Source of the DNA: Candidatus Krumholzibacteriota bacterium
GTDB lineage: Bacteria; Krumholzibacteriota; Krumholzibacteriia; Krumholzibacteriales; Krumholzibacteriaceae
Direction of reading: 5' to 3'
Length of the DNA: 64,000 bases
NCBI GenBank assembly: GCA_030609325.1
Contig: JAUWCL010000006.1
Location: 21,286-85,285, forward strand
Numbering within the stretch: position 1 is the first letter of the stretch; each line of letters opens with the position of its first letter. The notes below the pieces were generated by a model, which made no database searches, was not told the DNA's origin, and was given only the letters and a program-made list of their open reading frames with translations. Of this stretch, positions 17,574 through 26,100 are shown piece by piece. The translations under genes and the position numbers were made by a program.

Positions 17574-18725
17574 TCAATCCCGGCGGCCAAGGGTGATGCC
17601 GAGCGCCTCGGCCGTTCTGACGAGTTGCCCATCCGGATCGACCAGTTTCAGTTTCTTGACTGCCTGTTTGATTCTCCTGCAGACTATAGAGCGGCCCTGA
17701 AGGCAGACCATGTGTCCGAAATGTCCTTCAGCGATATGATTGACCGCCTCCACGCCGAACCTCGTTGCCAGGATGCGGTCATAGGTCGTAGGAGTTCCTC
17801 CCCTCTGGAGATGGCCCAGCACTGCGGTACGGGTCTCGATGCCGGTGCACATCCCGATCTGTTCAGCAGCCCGGTGGCCGATGCCTCCCAGCCTTCCGGG
17901 TAAACCGTCCGGCCCCGGCTCCTTCTCGTACATCTTCCTGCCGCCCCCGGGGAATGCTCCCTCAGCGACGACCACGATGCTGAACCTGCTGCCGGTCTTC
18001 TTTCTCTGGCTGATATGCCTGCAGACCTCGTTCATGTCGAACGGGATCTCGGGAATCAGTATGACGTCTGCGCCGCCGGCGATGCCCGACTCGAGCGCTA
18101 TCCACCCGCATTCACGGCCCATGACCTCGAGGACGAGCACCCTGTGGTGACTCTCCGCCGTCGTGTGGAGCTTGTCGAGGGCTTCGGTGGCGGTGGAAAC
18201 GGCGCTGTTGTAACCGAAGGTCACGTCTGTGGCTCCCAGGTCGTTGTCGATCGTCTTGGGGATGCCCATGACGGGAACGCCCTTTTCGAACAACGCGTCC
18301 GCTATCTTCATCGTGCCGTCCCCGCCCACGGCGATCAGGACGTCGATCTTCAATTTTCGGATGTTAGTGAGAATCTTGTCGGTGACGTCCCTGAACACGA
18401 TGCAGCCGTTCTCCTCGACGGGGTATCTTAGAGGATTGCCCCGGTTCGAGGTCCCGAGTATCGTTCCCCCGCGGACCTGAAGACCGCGAACATCTTTCGA
18501 GGTCAGCTTGCGCACATGCCCTCCTATGAGCCCGTCGTATCCGTCGAGGATGCCAGTTACATCCCAGCCGTACAGATTGACGGCGGCGCGGACGACCGCC
18601 CGGATAACGGCGTTGAGGCCCGGACAGTCTCCTCCGCCTGTAAGAATCGCTATGCGTTCTATCTTTTTCGGGTCCACCATCCTCGCCCCTGGAAGATTCT
18701 TCTTTGCGGTTTTTTTCGCCTTCAT
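17574..18725 (-). CDS. pfk: 6-phosphofructokinase (phosphoryl donor not assignable)
   Basis: Motifs IAILTGGGDCPGLNAVIR, IAVGGDGT, GIPKTIDNDL and MGRECGWIAL. GGDG is ATP-like while PKTIDND is PPi-like. The start is uncertain (M33 at 18725 or M48 at 18680 of ORF 17574..18821). Confidence 0.88.
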   Translation of the reverse strand: MKAKKTAKKNLPGARMVDPKKIERIAILTGGGDCPGLNAVIRAVVRAAVNLYGWDVTGILDGYDGLIGGHVRKLTSKDVRGLQVRGGTILGTSNRGNPLRYPVEENGCIVFRDVTDKILTNIRKLKIDVLIAVGGDGTMKIADALFEKGVPVMGIPKTIDNDLGATDVTFGYNSAVSTATEALDKLHTTAESHHRVLVLEVMGRECGWIALESGIAGGADVILIPEIPFDMNEVCRHISQRKKTGSRFSIVVVAEGAFPGGGRKMYEKEPGPDGLPGRLGGIGHRAAEQIGMCTGIETRTAVLGHLQRGGTPTTYDRILATRFGVEAVNHIAEGHFGHMVCLQGRSIVCRRIKQAVKKLKLVDPDGQLVRTAEALGITLGRRD

Positions 18726-19060
18726 TCCGCTCTTCCCTTTCGGAGTCACAGGTAATCCATCCTCTGAATATCGATGTTCACCGCTGTATATCAGGAAGCT
18801 GTTGTCGCAACAGCGATTCATGAGACAGCACGAATTCTACACCAGTCAGGAAACAGTCTCAATGAATAGATAGAGCCTTCAAGGTCAAGGCGTCTGGAAC
18901 GTTTCAAGACGTTCCGGTCGGGGCGAGGCCCTTGACCGGCATTGGTGAATCTGTTATCTTCGCCATGCTGGAGAAGAAATGCATTCGCCGGATCCCGGTA
19001 GTGCCGGGATTTTGGGGTAAGTCCATTACCTGGCGGATCGACGAATCTGGAGGTCAAGGG

Positions 19061-19330
19061 ATGAAAAAGGCACTGATTATCTGTCTCGTATTGATGTTCG
19101 CCGCGTCGTTCGGATGCGGAAACAAGTCCCAGAACGATGAAAGCTCGGTAGGAACGGAGGCCGGCGTCGTGACGAAGGTCTCCCTGACCGACCCGGTCGA
19201 CGGCAGCAAGATCGAAAACTTCGAGGAGGCGAAGTACTCCTACGTCTACAATCGCGTGGAGTACCGCTTCAACAGCAAGAAAAGCTACGAGGCGTTCAAG
19301 AAAGACCCCGAAAAGTACCTCTCGAAGTAA
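19061..19330 (+). CDS. YHS-like domain lipoprotein
   Basis: Internal start MKKALIICLVLMFAASFGCG (lipobox). DPVDGSKI...YRFNSKKSYEAFKKDPEKYL follows the YHS pattern but lacks Cys. Confidence 0.6.
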   Translation: MKKALIICLVLMFAASFGCGNKSQNDESSVGTEAGVVTKVSLTDPVDGSKIENFEEAKYSYVYNRVEYRFNSKKSYEAFKKDPEKYLSK

Positions 19331-19391
19331 GGGGTCCCTCCCCGGGCGTCCGATTCGTGCAATTTGAGAGCCCGATAATGCATAAGACTAA

Positions 19392-19418
19392 AGTCCCTCC
19401 CTGCAGGGACTTTTTTTA
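19392..19418 (+). terminator. rho-independent terminator
   Basis: AGTCCCT-ccctgc-AGGGACT followed by TTTTTTT. Confidence 0.6.
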
Positions 19419-19748
19419 TACCCTCTGATTCCTCATGATCACCCGTTATTCCTTATCGTTCCCTGTCCTGTCGCCGTTCAGCCGTGTGGCCACATCTCCA
19501 TTGTCGTTAAGCGGTTAAAAATCTGGGCGAGCGGTTCAGATATGGCGTGAACCGCTCAAGCTCCCGTCGGCTGTGCCAATTCCTTTACTGGAGGCACATA
19601 CCTTGCGTTTGGGACTCGCCACGAAAACCGTTTTGCGACCGTTGGTGAACGTGTCGCGAGATTCCATCAAGCCTCCACCGTCATGATGTAGCAGCATCAC
19701 CGCGTGCTCACTCCATTCAGACTGGAGGAAGAAAAGGAGGACAGTCAG

Positions 19749-20240
19749 ATGAGAAGGAGTCTTTCGGTAGCGGTCCTTCTCCTCTTCGCCGCCGTCTCCG
19801 CCGGTTCCGTCCACGCCCAGGGCCCCGCCCTGAAGGGTGAGATGGCAGCTGCGAAGATCGTCGTCGACGAGGAAAAGGGCGAGATAGTTCTGTCGGCCGA
19901 TAAAGTCTATCCGAACGACACGGTCGAGTACACGCTGAAGTACACGAACTCCGGCACTGCTACGGCGGCCGGTGTAGACCTTATCGGTCCCGTTCCGGTC
20001 GGAACGTTCTACATCGAGGAAACCGCAACCGACATCCCGGGACTCATGCCCATGTACAGCATCGATCAGGGCAAGACCTGGCACAAGGCCCCGGTGATCA
20101 TCGAGGTGGCCCGCAGGGACGGAACGGTCGAGAAGAAAAAGGCCGACCCGAAGATGATCACGCACGTGAAATGGTCTCTGGCGGGGAACCTCGGCGTCGG
20201 GGAAGAGGTCATGGTCAGCTACCGCGTCCATGTGAAGTAG
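19749..20240 (+). CDS. secreted single-domain DUF11-type (conserved repeat domain) protein
   Basis: RBS GGAGGAAGAAAAGGAGGA lies upstream of ATG 19749. Signal peptide MRRSLSVAVLLLFAAVSAGSVHAQ. The domain signature is NDTVEYTLKYTNSGTATAAGVDLIGPVP...VKWSLAGNLGVGEEVMVSYRVHVK. Confidence 0.65.
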   Translation: MRRSLSVAVLLLFAAVSAGSVHAQGPALKGEMAAAKIVVDEEKGEIVLSADKVYPNDTVEYTLKYTNSGTATAAGVDLIGPVPVGTFYIEETATDIPGLMPMYSIDQGKTWHKAPVIIEVARRDGTVEKKKADPKMITHVKWSLAGNLGVGEEVMVSYRVHVK

Positions 20241-20340
20241 GCCCTGAGGATTCAGATGATTTCGGTTTCAAGCTCCCCGCGAGGGGACAGTTCCGTTCGA
20301 AGATGCTCTCCGTGCGGAGGGCGGAAGGATGGTGATAGGC

Positions 20341-23028
20341 ATGACTTTCAAAAAGTCAGCCGGGCTGTTGACGGTCCTGGCGATCGCGCTCGTGCTCGTA
20401 TCGTCGGCCGCTCACGCCCAGACACCTGCCGGTACGACGATCCGGAACCAGGCTTCGGCCACGTTCGAGGATCTCTCCGGCAACACTTACACGGCGACCT
20501 CTAACGAGGTCACCACGATCGTGCTCCCGGTATACGGGGTATCGGTCCTTCCGGACGGTACCGCTGCTGCGCCGGGAATGGTCGGAACGGCGATACCCGG
20601 ACAGACGGTATACTACAGCTACAATCTCACAAATACGGGTAACGACAGCGACGACTTCGCGATCGAGCCCCTTATCGATCCGGCCACGACGATGACGCTC
20701 GGGCTGGGCGATATCGACATCTACCACGATGTCAACGGTAACGGAGTGCTCGATGGCGGCGAGCCCGTTATCTCAGCCGGCGGAGTCCCGGGCAACTTTG
20801 GTCCCGTGGCTGCCGGCACGATGGTACAACTCCTTGTCGAGTACCAGGTGCCCGCGCTGGCTGCGGCCGGCGAGGTCGCCTACGTGGGCGTCCAGGCCAC
20901 TTCGGTCGGCGACGCCGCGCAGGTCGATACGGACAATTACCATCAGACCGATGTCGTGAGCGACGCCTCGTTGACCGCGACGATGACAGGCCTACCGGCC
21001 GCCATCGATCCGGGCAATGTGGCCACCTACACGGTGACCGGCCAGAATGTCGGCAACGATATCGCGAACGGCGTCACCGTCGCTTCGGTGGGCCTGACCG
21101 GCGTCCTTATATACGACATTCTCCCGACCGACCCTTCGACGGGCAACCCGCTGGCTCTCTCCGGCGCTCCCGCGGGCGCTCCCGCGGGCGGCACGGTACT
21201 ATACCTGCCCGCCGGAAACCCGACGGTCGGTTCGCCCGAGACGTGGGCCTGGTCGGCCGCCGCCGCAGCCGGCGATATAGCTGTAGCCTATGTCTCCAAC
21301 GGCGGCCTGGCTATCGGCCAGAACTACAACTTTACTTATGACGTGATCGTTCCTCTCGGAATGCCCGCTGGTATCATCAACAACGATGGCGCCGTTGCCT
21401 ATATAGACAACAATGCCGGCACACCTGATCCGAACATCGTCACGACGAACAACACGCAGATCGATGTCAACATTCTTGCCAACGTCCTTGTCGGTCCGAA
21501 CGGCGTGCCCGACGCGGGAACGCCTCCTCTGTATGACGACGACTCCCAGGCCGTCGCCAACGCCTACGCGAACCAGACGGTCGACTTCATCAACACGGTC
21601 AGGAACGACGGCAACGCCGCGGACGAGATCAACATCGTCCTCGACGCCGGTTCCTCGACCTTTCCCATGGGCTTCGGCATCCAGTTCTTCCGTATCGACG
21701 GGGCCACCCCCCTGAACGATACGGGCACTGACGGGATCCCCGATGTCGGCACGATCAATCCTGGAGCGACGCAGGACTTCATCGTCCGCATCACCGTTCC
21801 GGGCAACGCCGTTGCCGGCGGCCCCTACCTGGCCGTCGTGAACGCCGTTTCGGCGAATGACATCACCGAACTGAACATTACCACCGACGAGATCACGCAG
21901 GTCAACCCCGCATCGGTCGACATCGGCAACTACGACGGAGCGGTCGGCACCGACAACAACCCGGCGAACATCGATACCGATCCGGGCCTGTCGGTCGACT
22001 TCCCTCTCGACGTTATCAACATCGGCGGTTCGGCGGACAACTTCGGTCTGGCCTCGACGTTCCCCGCCGGCTGGACCGTGACCTTCTATCTCGACACCAA
22101 CGGTAACGGCATCCTCGACAACCCCGAGCTCATCCCGATCGCCAACGTCGGGCCGGTAGTCGCGGGCGGCGAGGTCAACGTCATCGCACGTGTCGACGTT
22201 CCCGCCGGCGAGATACCCGGCGTGAACCCGGTCGCCTTCAGGGCCACATCGGCCAACAACAACCTGATCTTCGACGAGATCGCCAACACGGTGACCGTGC
22301 TCGGCGCGGCCTCCGTCACGATCACGCCCGACAGGAACGGCACAGGTACGGCCAACGGAACGGTCCGCTACCAGCATACCGTGACAAACACGGGCAACGT
22401 CGACGACACGTTCATGCTCAGCGCGCTCAGCTCGAACGCCTGGAGCTACACGTTCTTCGATCTGGCCAACAACCCGATCGCCTCGGTCACCCTCGTAGCC
22501 GGCGCCACCCAGGACGTCATCGTCCAGCTGTCGATTCCCGGCGGCGTGACCGTGGGCACGATCGAGACCGGTACGATCACCGTGACCGGAAACGGCACCG
22601 GAGCCACCGATTCGGCCACCGACGTCACGACGATCGTGGCCGGAAACCTCGTTCTGACCAAGTCGGCCAGCCCCGTGGGCAATCAGCTTCCCGGAACGGA
22701 ACTGACCTACCGCACCGACTACGCGAACGTGGGTGTTGCGGCTCTGGCCAACATCGTCATCTATGATGCGATTCCGGCCTGGACCCAGTACAGGGTCGGC
22801 TCGGCGGCCAACGGTACGCTGGCGCCCGGGATCACCGCGATGACGATCGAGTTCTCCGATGACGGCGGAGGCTCGTGGGCCTATGGGCCTGTCGACGGCG
22901 GCGGCGGAGCCCCCGCCGGCTTCGACGCCAACGTGACCAATGTCCGGTGGACCCTCACCGGTACGCTGAGCGGCGGCGACAGCACGGCCGACGGTGTATC
23001 CCTCATAGTGAGGATCATCGCGGAGTAG
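20341..23028 (+). CDS. large secreted multi-repeat DUF11/CARDB-type surface protein
   Basis: Signal peptide MTFKKSAGLLTVLAIALVLVSSAAHAQ. Repeated beta-sandwich signatures include YYSYNLTNTGNDSDDF, YTVTGQNVGNDIANGV, INTVRNDGNAADEI, LDVINIGGSADNF and YQHTVTNTGNVDDTF. It has a C-terminal DUF11 module. Confidence 0.75.
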   Translation: MTFKKSAGLLTVLAIALVLVSSAAHAQTPAGTTIRNQASATFEDLSGNTYTATSNEVTTIVLPVYGVSVLPDGTAAAPGMVGTAIPGQTVYYSYNLTNTGNDSDDFAIEPLIDPATTMTLGLGDIDIYHDVNGNGVLDGGEPVISAGGVPGNFGPVAAGTMVQLLVEYQVPALAAAGEVAYVGVQATSVGDAAQVDTDNYHQTDVVSDASLTATMTGLPAAIDPGNVATYTVTGQNVGNDIANGVTVASVGLTGVLIYDILPTDPSTGNPLALSGAPAGAPAGGTVLYLPAGNPTVGSPETWAWSAAAAAGDIAVAYVSNGGLAIGQNYNFTYDVIVPLGMPAGIINNDGAVAYIDNNAGTPDPNIVTTNNTQIDVNILANVLVGPNGVPDAGTPPLYDDDSQAVANAYANQTVDFINTVRNDGNAADEINIVLDAGSSTFPMGFGIQFFRIDGATPLNDTGTDGIPDVGTINPGATQDFIVRITVPGNAVAGGPYLAVVNAVSANDITELNITTDEITQVNPASVDIGNYDGAVGTDNNPANIDTDPGLSVDFPLDVINIGGSADNFGLASTFPAGWTVTFYLDTNGNGILDNPELIPIANVGPVVAGGEVNVIARVDVPAGEIPGVNPVAFRATSANNNLIFDEIANTVTVLGAASVTITPDRNGTGTANGTVRYQHTVTNTGNVDDTFMLSALSSNAWSYTFFDLANNPIASVTLVAGATQDVIVQLSIPGGVTVGTIETGTITVTGNGTGATDSATDVTTIVAGNLVLTKSASPVGNQLPGTELTYRTDYANVGVAALANIVIYDAIPAWTQYRVGSAANGTLAPGITAMTIEFSDDGGGSWAYGPVDGGGGAPAGFDANVTNVRWTLTGTLSGGDSTADGVSLIVRIIAE

Positions 23029-23147
23029 CGGTACGAAGAAAATGGGCGGGAGGGGCCGCAGGGCCCCTCTCACCCTTCAGGTGCATGACCGATTCAGAGG
23101 CTGGTCCCCCAGGCGGGGCCGCCTCTGAATCAGTATAAGGCACATGC

Positions 23148-26100
23148 ATGAAGATTAGCCGGCGAGGCGGCGCCGTGAAGAGAAGGAATTACATCACTGA
23201 TTTTTCCACCGGGTCCACCGGCAGGGGGATACTCCTGTCCGCGTTGGCCATCGCCGCCCTTTTTGTCCTTTCCGCACCCGCATTCTCCCAGATCCCCCCG
23301 GCCGGCTCCGTGATCTCGAGCCGGTCATCCGCGTCGTACGTTGACAACGGCAACCACCTCACGATCCTCTCCAACGAGATTGCCTTCAGCGTGCTTCCGA
23401 TGTTCGGACCGCTCCTGACGCCCGACGGGACGGCCGCTTCGCCGGCCGCCGTGGGCGCCGCGTTCAGCGGCGAGGCTGTATATTTCCCGTTCACCCTGAC
23501 CAACGCCGGCAACTCCGACGACACGTTCAGCCTGACCGCGGTGACCGTTGCCCCGTCCGATTTCGTGCCTTTGGCGACTGCGGTATATCTCGACGGGAAC
23601 GGTGACGGCGATGTCGATCCGGGCGATCAGCTGATCACCGAGGCGGGGCCTCTCGGACCGGACGAATCGGCATCCCTGGTCGTTGCCGTCACGCTTCCCG
23701 CAGGGCTGACTGGTGGTGAGACGACGCATCTCGATCTCGAGGCCCGATCAGCGGGCGATACCTCGCTCGTGGATTGCGGCAATGTCGTCAGGATTTTCGC
23801 ACGCGACGAGGCGAGGGTCGACCTGACGCTTCAGTCCGATGTCGTGAACGTTATGCCCGGCGGCTTCGTGACATACACGATGACATACGTGAACAACGGC
23901 GAAAGAGCGGCGATTGATGTCGTCATCACCGGAATGATCGATACGCTTGGCATGGCGCTCGGGACCGAATACGTGCAGGGCACGGCGATCGCTTCGCTTC
24001 CGTGTGTCATCGAGTACCTCGACGATATCGGCACCTGGGGCAGCGTGGCTCCGCCGGCGGAAAGGGTCAAGGGCGTCCGCATGCGCCTTGATACCCTTCT
24101 TCCGGCCGAGCAGGGAACGCTTTCGCTGAGTGTCCGGGTAGACGACGACCGTCGGTGGGGAGACATCGTCAATTCCGCAACGGCGGATTTCGTCGGCGGA
24201 GACGGTCGGTCGTTCCGGTGGATATCGAACATCGTGACCGTGCGTGTCGGCAGGATAAGCGAGATATGGATCGGGCCCGAGGGAAATCCGCTGGCCCCGT
24301 CGGGAAGCCCCGAGGACAGGGTCATCCAGATTATCGACGGAATAGATTCGATCTGCGCGTTCCGTCACGAGATTTACAATGCGGGCAACTTTGTCGATAC
24401 GATCAGCGTCGTGATCGCCGATTCCTTGCTCATCCCGCCCGACTGGCTGGTCGAGATCCTCGGTCCGGGCGATTCCCATCTGCCCAAGCTTTCTGCAAAC
24501 ACGTCCGTGATAGGGGCGATCGAAGTCGGCGGAAGCAGGTCGGTCTGCGTGAGGATTAAAGCGACCCCAGAGCAGCTCCGGAGCTTCCCCGGCAGAGAGC
24601 TCGCGTTCTCCCTGGAGGTTCACTCTCTCGTAGACGACACGTCGTGCGAAGCTGTTCAGGACGTTCTGCTGAAGGCCGACATGTCCCTTCTCTCGGTCGA
24701 GCAATCGATCCGCGAGCCGAACGCGATGATCGGCGACATCGTCAGCTTCATCGTCACCGTCGAAAACATGACCGAGGAGACGGTGATCGACAGCATCGTC
24801 CTCGTCGAGAATCTCCCATCCGGGCTGAAGTTCTCGAAGGGTTACGACCAGCCGGTCATCGAGAATAACAGGCTGATCTTCGATCTCGGCTCGCTCCCGC
24901 CGCGCACCAGGAAGGACGTGATCATCAGGGCAACCGTCACCGCCGGACAGGAGAAGGACGAACTCGTCTCGACTGCCTGGGTATACGGTGTATCGCAATA
25001 CGGCGAGGAGACTGAGGACGGGCCGGCATATGCGTCTGTCCGGCTGTACGAGGGCGAGTTCACCCGCAGAGGGATCGTGCTGGGAAGCGTCTTCATCGAC
25101 CGCGACGGCGACGGGATGAGAGACAAGGGCGAGGAAGGCATTCCCGGAGCGGCCGTCTTCTACGAGAAGGGCACATTCGCCGTTACGGATTCGAGCGGGC
25201 TCTGGTCGATCCCGGGCATCGAAGAGGGAAGGCATGTTTTCCGTGTAGATCCCAAGTCGCTGCCCGATTCGCTGGCGCCGGGTCCTGCCGGACATTTCGG
25301 AATGGGTATCGCGGGGCAGTATCTGATCGATTTCGCCCCGTCGGGCAACCGCCGCGTGGATTTCCCCCTCCAGGTGATCGAGATCGCCGGGGACGGGGAC
25401 GCTTTCGCCGCCATCGAAGGCGACACGGCGGCGGTTACCCGACAGGGCTCCGCCGGTACCGCGACCGCTGCGATATCATCACAAACGGAGAGCAACGGCA
25501 CGCGAGATGACGCGCGGTCAGGGCCGGCGGGGCCGGAGAGCACGGTCGACTCATCAGGTACGTACGACGCTCTCAATCTCCCGGGAACCCTATTCGCCGC
25601 GGGAAGCTCGGTGATGGAGGAGATCCCGCTGAGAGAAGTCGCCGCGCTGAGCCTGTGGGTGCGGGAGCATCCCGGCTGGAAGATCGAGATCTCGGGCCAT
25701 TCGGACAGCACGCCGATCAGGACGGCCGATTATCCGTCGAACTTCGAGCTCTCCCTCGACAGGGCCCGCAGCGTATACCAGCTACTCAGGATGAACGGCA
25801 TTCCCGAGGAGACGATGGACTACACCGGGTACGGCGAGAGGTTCCCCGTCGCGAGCAATGACACCGAGGAAGAAAGGTCGAAGAACAGGAGGGTCGAGAT
25901 CAGCGCCGTTCCTCCAGAGGGTTACACGGGAGAGGATCCCGACATCCCCGCGGTCCTCGCGATGCCCGATACGACGGTGCCGAAGGAATTCGTGCTGGCC
26001 GACGACGCCGGCATATGTGCCGAGATCGTCAAGCCCGCCGAGGGAACGATATTCACCGACAGGGACGGGATCTCCGTCGAGGTCGTCGCCCCGCTCGTAT

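Noticed and set aside
21163-21186. Tandem 12-nt duplication GGCGCTCCCGCG x2 (encoding GAPAGAPA) in the 895-aa gene.
   Set aside because: It has only two copies and is in frame. It is too short to argue for phase variation without population data, so it is noted only.
21199-23073. 624-aa minus-strand ORF opposite the 895-aa DUF11 gene. The same type occurs at 23748..25295, 26415..27839 and 27873..29255, opposite the giant gene.
   Set aside because: The translations are Arg/Gly/Asp/Val/Pro-rich with no motifs, no signal or RBS context, and lie exactly antisense to ORFs with clear domain signatures. This is the usual shadow-ORF effect of high-GC coding DNA.
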